Assembly: GCA_963817525.1 (NCBI GenBank)
Contig: CAWFOU010000001.1
Span: 96,001-160,000 of the forward strand
Reading direction: 5' to 3'
DNA: 64,000 nucleotides
Source of the DNA: an uncultured archaeon
GTDB taxonomy: Archaea; Thermoproteota; Nitrososphaeria; Nitrososphaerales; Gagatemarchaeaceae
The translations under genes were made by a program, and so were the position numbers. Within the stretch, counting starts at the first letter, position 1; the number at the start of each line of letters is the position of its first letter. Under the pieces are notes generated by a model, which worked only from the letters and a program-made list of their open reading frames with translations, ran no database searches and had not been told where the DNA came from. This document shows, in pieces, positions 10,059 through 18,843 of this stretch.

Positions 10059-10132
10059 CGCTTCTCTAGGGAGTTCGGCCCCCCCGATTCCATATAAGCT
10101 CTATCGGAAGGGCCTCCGAGGACTCTCGCTCC

Positions 10133-10672
10133 TCAGGGGGCTCTCTGAGTCGCTGGGGCCGGGTCGTTCCTTCTGTTCCTGATGAACGCGATGAAGGCGG
10201 CGTCGCTCCTCTCCTTGAATCGGGTCGAGACGATCGCCGTGGTCAGGCCTGCAGTCATGGGCTCCAGCGCCCTCAGGACGTCTTCCCTGAGCCCCTGCAA
10301 GTCCTCCTCCAGCACTACGAAGAAGTACTCCGACGACCCGACGGTTGAGTAGGCCGAGACCACCCGCGGCTCCCCTCTGATAAAGTCGTATAGCTTCGTC
10401 TTAGCCTCCCCCAGCTCGGTCTGTGCACCGACGAATGCGTACGCCCCCATGCCGAGCATCGCCCAGTCGATCTCCGCCCCTATCCTCAGGACCCCGTTCT
10501 TTTTCATCGCCTCTGTGTGCTTCGCCACGGTCCTCTTGTCGACGCCTGTCGCCTTCGCAAGCTCGGTATATCCAACACTCCCGTCCTTGGACAGCAGCTC
10601 TAGGATCTTGAGGTCCAGGTCATCCGCCTCAAAGTGCGGCGCTTTTGTCCAGGGAATGCTATTCAATGTCAT
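10133..10672 (-). CDS. Lrp/AsnC family transcriptional regulator
   Basis: DDLDLKILELLSKDGSVGYTELAKATGV HTH plus RAM domain; start moved to ATG 10672 because the longer ORF overlaps the divergent gene. Confidence 0.88.
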   Translation of the reverse strand: MTLNSIPWTKAPHFEADDLDLKILELLSKDGSVGYTELAKATGVDKRTVAKHTEAMKKNGVLRIGAEIDWAMLGMGAYAFVGAQTELGEAKTKLYDFIRGEPRVVSAYSTVGSSEYFFVVLEEDLQGLREDVLRALEPMTAGLTTAIVSTRFKERSDAAFIAFIRNRRNDPAPATQRAP

Positions 10673-10795
10673 TGTTTTGGATTCTAATGTATCTGAATGA
10701 CAAGAATAATTAAATCTTTGTATAACCGATGCTTGAGGGTGAAGCAGATGTTTACCCTCGGGATTTACGGAATCTGGGGAGGGATGTGAGACCAG

Positions 10796-11074
10796 ATGGC
10801 CGCAAGAACCATTTTCAGGTCGGAGCCGGAGATGCTGAAGGTTGTCATGGAATCTATCCTCTCGGAGGGCGGCCAGGACCTTCGCTGGACTCGGATAATG
10901 TCGGCGTCCAGGACAAATTACAGGCAGATAATGCGCTACAGACGTATCATCGTGGACAATGGAATGATCACTCTCGACGGAGACGCCGTTGAGGTCACCC
11001 CGAAAGGCTTCGAATTCGTCGCCTTGAGCAGGAAGTTCTTCGGGATGCTCAAGAACGAGCAAGTACGCGACTAA
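10796..11074 (+). CDS. Small winged-helix protein
   Basis: WTRIMSASRTNY...VEVTPKGFEF; same type as 1698-2000. Confidence 0.75.
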   Translation: MAARTIFRSEPEMLKVVMESILSEGGQDLRWTRIMSASRTNYRQIMRYRRIIVDNGMITLDGDAVEVTPKGFEFVALSRKFFGMLKNEQVRD

Positions 11075-11221
11075 GCCGGCTTGCGATTCCGAGCTTTGCT
11101 CGGACCGTCGCCCCGCGGCTCTTCGCCTGCAATCGCCTGATAAGTCTCGCCGAGTTGAGGATGAAGGTTAGCTCGGAGGGCGGCGTTGGCTTAAGAGGTG
11201 GCGGGGAGGAGGGTGAATTTT

Positions 11222-12010
11222 ATGAGCCTCGGAGCGATTGGCCCTTGTCCCGCTGCTTGCGGGTGCACCGAGAGATACTGTGGAAACTGCCATACCCCTT
11301 CTGAATGCGCCAACTGCTCATCTTGTTGCTGCGCTCCGGCACATCGGTCGTGGAGGCGGACGCGAATGGAGGCTGGGATCAGGGTCGAGTACTTCAGCTC
11401 CGCGTGGATGATCGTCGAGGCCTTGGGCTCGATAGGATTTGGTCTGATGGCGGGAAGCTTCGCCCTGTTGGCCTTCGGGGGAGATTCCATCATCGAGCTC
11501 ATCTCAGGTCTTGCGGTATTGACGCATCTGCGAAGGGATACGGCCGGCTCGGAGATTCGAGGCCTAAGAACAGAACGATTCACCGGCGCGCTCCTCTTCG
11601 CTCTGATTCCCGTCATCGGGCTAGGATCGGCCTACTCCTACCTGACGGGATCGAGGCCGGAGGGCTCGCCCCTTGGAATCGCCATCGCGGTTGGCGCGGT
11701 TATCGTGATGCCCTACCTTTACTTCCGGAAGAAGAGGATAGGCGAGGAGACTCGCTCGTCGCCGCTCAAGATTGATGCCATAGAGTCGGTCACTTGCCTC
11801 TTCATGTCGATCGCGCTGCTGGGAGGCTTGCTGGCCGAGTATTTCTTCGGCCTCTGGTGGGCCGACTACTTGGCCACAGCGGTGATACTCGCATTCGTAG
11901 CACGAGAGGCCCTCGAATCATACCACGAACTGCATGAAGACGAGTCGGGAGCGGAGGCAATCAGGGAAGCGCGGGCGCCTCGTGGGACTCAGCCCGCTGA
12001 GAGTACGTAG
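11222..12010 (+). CDS. CDF/TMEM163-like cation transporter with Cys-rich N-terminus
   Basis: SFALLAFGGDSIIE, LKIDAIES and WWADYLA motifs; start could be 11198 or 11222. Confidence 0.8.
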   Translation: MSLGAIGPCPAACGCTERYCGNCHTPSECANCSSCCCAPAHRSWRRTRMEAGIRVEYFSSAWMIVEALGSIGFGLMAGSFALLAFGGDSIIELISGLAVLTHLRRDTAGSEIRGLRTERFTGALLFALIPVIGLGSAYSYLTGSRPEGSPLGIAIAVGAVIVMPYLYFRKKRIGEETRSSPLKIDAIESVTCLFMSIALLGGLLAEYFFGLWWADYLATAVILAFVAREALESYHELHEDESGAEAIREARAPRGTQPAEST

Positions 12011-12156
12011 ACCCCGACTGCAGCCCCCTGGCAGAACGCGTCTGTTGGGCCAGACCTGCTGCCGATAGCGAATGGTGTCGCATTCGCATGGACTTTTTGC
12101 GAAGAAACCCTCTAACTAACAACCCGAGTGCATGTCGTAATCGGTTTGGCCACGCG

Positions 12157-12741
12157 CTACCCGTAGAAGTAGATGAACGCCGCAACCAAGACCAAGGCCA
12201 GGGCAACGAGGTAGTCCACATACTGAGGGCTAATCTTGGAAAGCGCTTTCGACAGTCCCATGGTTGCCAAGAAGACAACTATGACTAGAGATGCGACAGC
12301 TGCCGCGATGAAGGCGCCGACCATCACGTAGGTGTACCCGGCCCCGAACCCGTTCGCAACGAGGATGAACGGTACGAGAGCGGGATCCGGTATCACGCTG
12401 ACAACCATCGAGACGCTCTCGGCCTTAGTCCCCTCCTTGGCTTCTCTTGCGGCCTTTACTACGATGTAAACCGCGATGCCCAGCAGGAGAACGACCGCGA
12501 AGAGAGTCACATAGTAAGCGGGAAAGAACAGAGCGCCCACCGCGGCTATGACCAAAGAAAGGGCTGCGGAACTTACGGAGTGGCCCAGCCCAATCGCGAC
12601 GGCGAGTAGGTAGGTTCTGGATCTAGCGAGGTGCTTCTTATGTGAAGTTATGGTAACGGGGAGCCAATGGTCCGGAGCGACCATGTGGAGCGCTGACAGA
12701 GCTATCACAACACCGAGCAAGACTGACGGGGTGGTAGTCAA
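12157..12741 (-). CDS. RcnA/NiCoT-like nickel/cobalt transporter
   Basis: HMVAPDHWLP and GLGHSVSS motifs; probable TTG start at 12741. Confidence 0.75.
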   Translation of the reverse strand: MTTTPSVLLGVVIALSALHMVAPDHWLPVTITSHKKHLARSRTYLLAVAIGLGHSVSSAALSLVIAAVGALFFPAYYVTLFAVVLLLGIAVYIVVKAAREAKEGTKAESVSMVVSVIPDPALVPFILVANGFGAGYTYVMVGAFIAAAVASLVIVVFLATMGLSKALSKISPQYVDYLVALALVLVAAFIYFYG

Positions 12742-12946
12742 GTCGATATTGCACAAACTGCCAGCGGTATGCCATTGGCACGAACGGCGCTCCGTCCATT
12801 GGAGCCAGATTCTAATTCCGCTGGAGACCACAGCAACAGCCATGATTGAGAGCCGGATGAGGTCTGTCCTGGAGTTCCGATCCTCGGGCTCACCTGGTTC
12901 TGCCGTCTGCTAGTTAGCCGTTGAGCCTTCGCTTCGAAGAACATCT

Positions 12947-13219
12947 TCATCTTATCTTGGCGACGACCTGCTGAAGCTCCGCCAAGCTTTCGGTCAGGGG
13001 CTCCTTCCGGTCCGCTCTCGCCACGCAGTCTTCGACGAGGTCATCCACGATCACTTGGATCACGCTGTCCAGCGCCGACCTTACCGCGACTATCTGGTGG
13101 ACGATTTCGGAGTACGATCGGCCGTGGTCTAGCATCTCGTTGACCGCGTGGACGTGGCCATTAATCCTAGCTACCCTCCTCGCGACCTCGGCCCTCTTGT
13201 GGGTTGCCATATATGCCAT
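12947..13219 (-). CDS. CsoR/RcnR family metal-sensing repressor with atypical ligands
   Basis: RVARINGHV...QIVAVRSALD motif; start may be ATG 13210. Confidence 0.85.
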   Translation of the reverse strand: MAYMATHKRAEVARRVARINGHVHAVNEMLDHGRSYSEIVHQIVAVRSALDSVIQVIVDDLVEDCVARADRKEPLTESLAELQQVVAKIR

Positions 13220-13236
13220 CCGGGGGGAGGGGATGG
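13216..13236. promoter_or_regulatory. CsoR/RcnR-type operator CCATCC-(G tract)-GGATGG
   Basis: 6-bp inverted arms around GGGGGGAGG, overlapping the repressor start. Confidence 0.65.
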
Positions 13237-13365
13237 GTGTATTTTAGCTATCGCCATTTCTCCGACTGGCTCAATCTCGGCGCGGTCTGCGTCCGATGAC
13301 CTCTAAGGTCGTCTTTGCAACGCAGGTTGTTGACGAAGAAATACGAGCAATCTCTGGCCGTCTGG

Positions 13366-14685
13366 TCACAGGCTAGTGTAGATTAGCGCGATGTTGAGCG
13401 CGATTATCGCTCCCCCGACGACGAGCCCGATGATGGCCGTAGCGCGCCTGTTCACATAAGGGCCCATCACCTGCTTCTTGCACGTGTACCAGATCAACGG
13501 GATCATGGGGAGGGGGATGAGGATGCTCAGGAAGACCTGGCTGTAGAAGAGGAGCGCCAGCGGGCTGATCCCCAAGAGTATGCAGAGGGTCGTGGGAAAG
13601 ACGTTGATGCCTCTCGTGATGATCCGCCTCAGGTATGGGTTCACCTTGACTCCGAGCAAGCCGGTCATGACTTCCTGCCCGGCGAGGGTCCCTACGACCG
13701 ACGAGGCGATCCCTGAGAACAGGAGCGTTATTGCGAAGATCACCGCCGCACCGGTGCCGAAGAGCGGGCCCAGGATCTCGTACGCCTGACTGATTTGCTG
13801 GATGTTCGTGTACCCGTGACCGTAGAACGCCGCGGCGCCCACGACCAGTATCGCCACGTTCACGCATCCCGCGATCGCAAGGATCAGGACCGTCTCCCGA
13901 AGGTGGAGCCCGAGGAACTTCCTCTTCGGGCCGTGGTCTTCCGCCTTGATCCCCCACCTTCCGAGCTTGGAGGAGGTGAGCGACGAGTGGAGCCAGAGGA
14001 CATGGGGCATGACAGTGGCGCCGACTATACCGACGACGACGAGCAGGGTGCCGTTGGAGAAGTCCGGCGAAACGGAGCCCAAAGCGAACAGCCTGGGGTT
14101 CGGCCCGACCCTGAGGAGCTCGTAGAGGAAGCCTATGGCTATCACCGAGACGAAGACCATGAAGAAGTACTCTATCACGCGGAAGCGGTTGCTGGTCAGC
14201 GCCAGGAGGATGATCACGTCAAGGGCTCCGAAGATGCTGGCGTAAAGGAGGGGGATGCCGAAGAGTATGTTCAGCGCGATGACGGTCCCCAGATACTCGG
14301 CCAGGTCGGTCGCGGCTATCGCGACCTCGGCCGCCAGCCAGTACGGGATTATTCGCTTCCTGGTCTTCAGCGAGGCCCGGAGCAGCTGCGGGAGGCTCTT
14401 CCCCGTCGCGATGCCAAGCTTTCCAGACATGTACTGGAGGACCATGGCCATCGCGCTGGCCATCCAGACTGCCCAAATCAGGGCGTAGTTGAACTCCGAC
14501 CCCCCGGCGATGTCGGTCCCGAAGTTCCCCGGGTCGATGTAGGCCAGGCTGACTATCAGGGTAGGGCCAAGGTACCCTACAAAGTCGCGGACGGAGATGT
14601 GCGGGTTGTTCTTCTGCTGGTCCGTGACCTCGGGCCTGTCGGTGGTTTCCTGGGGTGCGAGGCTTCTGGCCGGAGGCGAGCTCAT
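13366..14685 (-). CDS. mntH: NRAMP family Mn2+/Fe2+ transporter
   Basis: AYIDPGNF, GATVMPH and GTLAGQ motifs; minus-strand TATA at 14714-14721 favours ATG 14685. Confidence 0.93.
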   Translation of the reverse strand: MSSPPARSLAPQETTDRPEVTDQQKNNPHISVRDFVGYLGPTLIVSLAYIDPGNFGTDIAGGSEFNYALIWAVWMASAMAMVLQYMSGKLGIATGKSLPQLLRASLKTRKRIIPYWLAAEVAIAATDLAEYLGTVIALNILFGIPLLYASIFGALDVIILLALTSNRFRVIEYFFMVFVSVIAIGFLYELLRVGPNPRLFALGSVSPDFSNGTLLVVVGIVGATVMPHVLWLHSSLTSSKLGRWGIKAEDHGPKRKFLGLHLRETVLILAIAGCVNVAILVVGAAAFYGHGYTNIQQISQAYEILGPLFGTGAAVIFAITLLFSGIASSVVGTLAGQEVMTGLLGVKVNPYLRRIITRGINVFPTTLCILLGISPLALLFYSQVFLSILIPLPMIPLIWYTCKKQVMGPYVNRRATAIIGLVVGGAIIALNIALIYTSL

Positions 14686-14721
14686 GGGTCGGTTTGTTTG
14701 GCCAACCACTCTCTATATAAA

Positions 14722-14737
14722 CTTAGACGCCTCTAAG
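14722..14737. promoter_or_regulatory. DtxR/MntR-type box CTTAGA-N4-TCTAAG
   Basis: Palindrome abutting the mntH TATA/BRE, between divergent mntH and the DtxR-family gene. Confidence 0.65.
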
Positions 14738-14870
14738 ATTTTTTGAGGCTTCGAAAATTCATCGACCATGCGCATTTTATTCTACTAGTCTAAAATCTGT
14801 GAGCCCGCCCCAGGACCGCGGCCCTCCCAAGCTTTTTATCGCAAGGCAATGGCGACCGTCGTCGAGGACC

Positions 14871-15305
14871 TTGGCGAAGGCCGTTCCCCTGAAGAACGAG
14901 ACACCCAGGCTAGAGGACTACCTCGAGGCGATCTACTCCCTCTTCGAGGAGAAGGGCTACGCGAGCGCGGTGGACATCTCCGACCGCCTCCAGGTGAGGC
15001 CCCCCACTGTCACGAGCATGGTGCAGAAGCTGGCGAAGAAGGGCTACCTGATACACGAGCCCTACAGGGGGATGAGGCTGACCGAGAGCGGCGAGAGGCT
15101 TGCCAGGTCGGTCGTCTCGAGGCACCACGTCATATCAGAATTCCTTGGGATGATCGGGGTGGAGGACAAGGTCGCCTACGAGGACACCGAAGGGATAGAG
15201 CACCACATGCAGCCGGTGACCTTCCGCAAGATAGAGCGCCTAGTGGAGTTCCTGCGGAAGAACCCCGGCCAGCTGAAGGCCATCCGGGAATACGTGGACG
15301 GCTGA
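14871..15305 (+). CDS. DtxR/MntR family metal-dependent regulator
   Basis: EDYLEAIY, PPTVTSMVQKL, RHHVISEFL, EGIEHHM; TTG 14871 chosen from TTTTTATC at 14833-14840 (ORF is open from 14799). Confidence 0.9.
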   Translation: MAKAVPLKNETPRLEDYLEAIYSLFEEKGYASAVDISDRLQVRPPTVTSMVQKLAKKGYLIHEPYRGMRLTESGERLARSVVSRHHVISEFLGMIGVEDKVAYEDTEGIEHHMQPVTFRKIERLVEFLRKNPGQLKAIREYVDG

Positions 15306-15356
15306 GGCACGCCCGACCAAGGTTTATCTCGGCCTGCCGGTCCGACGGGTGTTGCA

Positions 15357-15632
15357 TTGAGGGTCCTCAAGCTGGAGTACGCGCCCACCGTGATCCTGAT
15401 GCTCGCGGTGGCGCAGATGGCCTCCTTCGCGAACGCCGGGCTCTTCCAGGATAGCTACGCCGTGGCGGGGCTCTTCAGCTTCTGCTCGCTGGTCAGCGGG
15501 GTGGCCGTCTTTTTCTACCTCAGGAACAGGGACGTCACCGCGGCCCGAATAGCCATAGCGACGGGGGTGTTGTTCTTCATCATGCTCTTCGCCATCGGCG
15601 AGTACCTGTTCGCCACCTACATCCCGAGCTGA
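15357..15632 (+). CDS. Small three-TM membrane protein
   Basis: Three hydrophobic segments; TTTATC about 30 nt upstream. Confidence 0.65.
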   Translation: MRVLKLEYAPTVILMLAVAQMASFANAGLFQDSYAVAGLFSFCSLVSGVAVFFYLRNRDVTAARIAIATGVLFFIMLFAIGEYLFATYIPS

Positions 15633-15659
15633 CGCGGTCGACGCCGGCCGCGGCTTCGC

Positions 15660-17240
15660 TCACCTTGCGGGCTTTACGAGGGCCTGGATCTGCTTTTGGC
15701 TCGTCTGCGCCAATTTGGTCATCCCGCCCGATAGGCTCTGGCTCTTGATCCCCTTGGATTGGAGGACCTGGGCCGCCCTGAGGGACGTGTTCCCCGACAT
15801 GCAGACGAGGATGGCCCTCTTGTCTCCGCTGGAGCCTCCCGCGTCGAAAATGGCCTTGAGCGACGGAGGGACCTCCTGCCCGGTGATGAGCTTCACGACG
15901 TCGCCCGGCGATGCCACCTTCACGGAGCTCTCAGGGACGCCTAGCGAGCTGGCGATCAGCCTCTTCCCTTCTTCGCTCGGGACGTATCCCATGTGCGTCC
16001 AGACCACCTCGTCGAACCTCCCCGGCTTGGCCCTTGCACCCTCGACGGTCACCTCTAGCCCTTCCTCTTGCTCCTCCTGGCTCTCCTCGGATTCCAGCAC
16101 GCGCCTGTACTTCTTCGCGCCGTCCGCCAGGACCACCACGAACTCCCCGCCGATCCCGAAGTTCACCATCTGAAGGACTGCGTAGAGCGCGAGCGCGCTG
16201 CTCTCGCCGATGTCGAACCCTCTCCTGACCATAAAGCCGAAGAGCCTCTTCGCCTGGTCGAAGTCGACCTCGTGCTCGCCCGCGTACCTCTCGGGCTCGT
16301 AGAACTTCAGCCCCTCGGCCTTGCCCTTGGTGCGTATACCCGCCACGTCCTTCCCCTCGGGCGGGAAGACCACATGGACGACCTTCTTGCCGCCGTACTT
16401 GGCCTGCACGTACCTGCTCAGGCCCACCGATGTCCCGCCCGTCCCGAACGCGCAGACGACGCTGCACTCCCCGAGCGAGTGCCCGAGCCCTCGCAGCTGC
16501 TGGTCGATCTCAGGACCCGTGATCGTCGCGTGGGCGTCGACGTTCTGCTCGTTGTCGTACTGCTCGGGGCAGTAGCCGCCGTATGCGTCAGCGAGGACCT
16601 TGGCGAGGTTGATGACGTCCTGCCTCGCGAGGAACTCCTCGATCCTGGGCCGCGAGGAGTCGAAGACCGCGATGTCGAGCCCTATCTCGGCGAACCTCTC
16701 GCGCATGGCCGTGGCCACGACCTTGGCGAGCAGCATGTTGGGGTCCATCTGCATGCCTGGAGCGGGGCAGACGTCCACGTCGAGGTCGACCGTCTTGACG
16801 TTGCTCTTCTCCAGCTCCTCGAGCACTCCCTCTTGCAGCTTCCTTGACACCAGCACTACGACCTTGACCCCCAGGTTCCCCAGGAGTCCAAGCGCTATCC
16901 CGAAGTTGCCAGAGGTGGCCTCGAAGACCACCATCCCCCTCCTCAGCATGCCCGACTTGATCGCCTCGTGGACGATCTGCGTGGCGGCCCTGCTCTTCAC
17001 CGAGCCTCCCAGGAGCGGCGCTTCCAGCTTCCCAAAGACTCGAAAGTCCCTGTCCGACAGGTCGAGCCCGTACTCGTCGCGCGCGCACTCCTTGAGCGCC
17101 TGCGTGATGTCTAGCAGCGGCGTCGGGTTGACCACCTCGCCCCCCTCAACGTGGGGGGTCCTGGCCAGTATCTGCTGCTCGAACGCCCGGAGGAGCTCCG
17201 TGTCGACGTCGGCGCCGCCCGCCTTGACGGGTGCCTGCAT
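15660..17240 (-). CDS. PLP-dependent cysteine synthase family protein fused to a rhodanese-like domain
   Basis: GSVKSR (PLP Lys), EATSGNFG, GTGGT; C-terminal ILVCMSGNTSLRAAQVL...SLSGGM. Confidence 0.85.
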   Translation of the reverse strand: MQAPVKAGGADVDTELLRAFEQQILARTPHVEGGEVVNPTPLLDITQALKECARDEYGLDLSDRDFRVFGKLEAPLLGGSVKSRAATQIVHEAIKSGMLRRGMVVFEATSGNFGIALGLLGNLGVKVVVLVSRKLQEGVLEELEKSNVKTVDLDVDVCPAPGMQMDPNMLLAKVVATAMRERFAEIGLDIAVFDSSRPRIEEFLARQDVINLAKVLADAYGGYCPEQYDNEQNVDAHATITGPEIDQQLRGLGHSLGECSVVCAFGTGGTSVGLSRYVQAKYGGKKVVHVVFPPEGKDVAGIRTKGKAEGLKFYEPERYAGEHEVDFDQAKRLFGFMVRRGFDIGESSALALYAVLQMVNFGIGGEFVVVLADGAKKYRRVLESEESQEEQEEGLEVTVEGARAKPGRFDEVVWTHMGYVPSEEGKRLIASSLGVPESSVKVASPGDVVKLITGQEVPPSLKAIFDAGGSSGDKRAILVCMSGNTSLRAAQVLQSKGIKSQSLSGGMTKLAQTSQKQIQALVKPAR

Positions 17241-17329
17241 GTTTCCAGCGTCGGGGATGCCGCCCTGAATATAAGGCGAATGATTCGGCAGCGCAATCAG
17301 TTTATCAGCCGTCGCGCCCAGGAGCGCTC

Positions 17330-17407
17330 ATGGCAGGCCCCAAACCCGTCAATTTCATAGCCGACGACGCGAAGCTCGGGAAGAACGTCAAGGTGTGGCA
17401 CTTTTGA
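17330..17407 (+). pseudogene. Truncated original 5' end of the hexapeptide acyltransferase (25 aa)
   Basis: MAGPKPVNFIADDAKLGKNVKVWHF then TGA; promoter-like TTTATC at 17301; aligns with VVDPSAKIGKGVSIWNL at 18102+. Confidence 0.8.
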
Positions 17408-18182
17408 TGGCAGGGGCGCTAATATTCTCCTAACACTTCATGATGCATGCCGTGGGTACTTGGGAAAGCAGGCAATCACCCAATTGGTCGAAAATCCAAC
17501 CGCAGGACGAGGAGGAAGATACTATGGTCAAATGAGGAAATCCGCAACCTGAAATCGTCGTATTCGAGCGAGCCGATTTCTGTGTTGCTGGAAGTCTTTC
17601 CATTGCGTAGCTGGCGTTCGATTTCGGCAAAAGCAATAACACTGGGCCTGAGGAGACCGCGTACCGCGCCGCTCAGCACCACATTGAAATCTGAAGGCGA
17701 CATAGGATTCTGGGCGGGAATGGTTATCGCCGACGGTTCAGTCCTTGAAACTTGCATAAGCTCGGGGACAAGAAGAGCGAGATCCGAAGGAGGCGGAGCA
17801 AGACCGCCAAGATATTATAGCATGCCTCAAGTCAGGATTTCGATGGAAGACAAAGAGTCCCTTGAGCGGGTAGGGCGATTGTGGGGCAGGAAAGTGACCT
17901 TTTGCCAGACGAGTTCAACTGGTAACAGTGTTTGGAGCGTCAAGTCGGTGGCAAGAAAGCGATGGAGTTGCTCCAGCTGATGATGCCATATCTAGCTGGG
18001 CCGAAAAAGAAAAAGGCTCTCTATTTGCTGCAGAAATACGCTGATAGGACTAGCTTACCTGTTAAAGTGAAAGATACCTTTTTTCCATTTAGTGGAATGA
18101 CTTGAAACCTTCGAGACTCGGAAAGGGGGCGGTGGTTGATCCCAGCGCGAAGATCGGCAAAGGCGTCTCAATTTGGAACCTG
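17405..18182 (+). mobile_element. Low-GC insert: free-standing LAGLIDADG gene plus replacement acyltransferase N-terminus
   Basis: Visibly AT-richer than its flanks; removing it restores ...KVWHF-SYVG... in frame; the right boundary is approximate. Confidence 0.7.
17447..18105 (+). pseudogene. Single-motif LAGLIDADG homing endonuclease with Myb-like N-terminal repeat, frameshifted near 17940
   Basis: GFWAGMVIADGSV motif; WSNEEIRNL...RSWRSISAKAITLGLR repeat; the -1 frame from 17941 continues QVGGKKAMELLQLMMPYLAGPKKKKALYLL to TGA 18105. Confidence 0.75.
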
Positions 18183-18602
18183 TCATACGTGGGATCGAGG
18201 ACTCGAGTGGGCGACAACGTCTCGATAGGCTCCCTCGCCCACGTAGACTACAACGTCTGGATAGGCGCCGACACCAGGATAGAGGGCTCGGTCTACATCC
18301 CCCCGATGACGAGGATAGGGAAGAACGTCTTCATCGGGCCTGCAGCGGTCATCACAAACGACCCCTACCCGATGAGCAAGAAGATGGTGGGCGTGACAAT
18401 AGATGACGGCGCCGTCATCGGGGGCGGTTCGGTCATCAAGGCTGGCGTCACGATAGGAAAGAACAGCGTCGTCGCGATGGGCGCGGTGGTGACCAAGGAC
18501 GTGGCCCCTGGGGTCGTGGTCCTGGGAGTCCCGGCCCGCGTCGTCTACACCAGAGAGGAGTATGACGCTAAGAAGCTGGCCTGGGAGTCTGGAAAGACCT
18601 GA
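18102..18602 (+). CDS. Hexapeptide-repeat (left-handed beta-helix) acyltransferase
   Basis: Hexapeptide repeats, IGPAAVITND, GAVVTKDV...GVPAR. Confidence 0.9.
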   Translation: MKPSRLGKGAVVDPSAKIGKGVSIWNLSYVGSRTRVGDNVSIGSLAHVDYNVWIGADTRIEGSVYIPPMTRIGKNVFIGPAAVITNDPYPMSKKMVGVTIDDGAVIGGGSVIKAGVTIGKNSVVAMGAVVTKDVAPGVVVLGVPARVVYTREEYDAKKLAWESGKT

Positions 18603-18843
18603 GGTACAGCCGCGACATCGCGAACATGGCGAAGACCAGGAACGCTCCCAGCCCCATCGTGAGCGCTATCTTCACGATCGATGACGGGAGGCCTGCCTCG
18701 TGGAGGGGTGGGCCGAGCGGCCTGACGATCACGAAGAAGACATAGGTCTCCCCGAGTATGAGGACCCACGACGCGGCCACGACGAACAGCATCGCGATGA
18801 GGCTGGCGACGCTCCTGTCTATCCCGCTACTCATAGCAACCAC
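18568..18843 (-). CDS. Small two-TM membrane protein
   Basis: Two hydrophobic helices; coupled to the upstream GT4 gene. Confidence 0.6.
   Translation of the reverse strand: MVAMSSGIDRSVASLIAMLFVVAASWVLILGETYVFFVIVRPLGPPLHEAGLPSSIVKIALTMGLGAFLVFAMFAMSRLYLRSFQTPRPAS

Noticed and set aside
10667-10702. TGTCATT-N-AATGACA inverted repeat at the Lrp promoter
   Set aside because: Long spacer and a single occurrence; too weak to call.
10673-11062. N-terminal extension of the Lrp ORF
   Set aside because: Overlaps the divergent wHTH gene and its AT-rich promoter.
17447-18105. Intein
   Set aside because: Not in frame with the host gene and lacks the C/S start and HN end.
17399-18192. Insert as a BHB or group I intron (U before, G at the end, TGA-TGG-CAGG pairs with CCTG-TCA)
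   Set aside because: BHB cleavage geometry would leave the TGA in the exon, there is no room for a group I core outside the ORFs, and a duplicated N-terminus would be unnecessary if it spliced.
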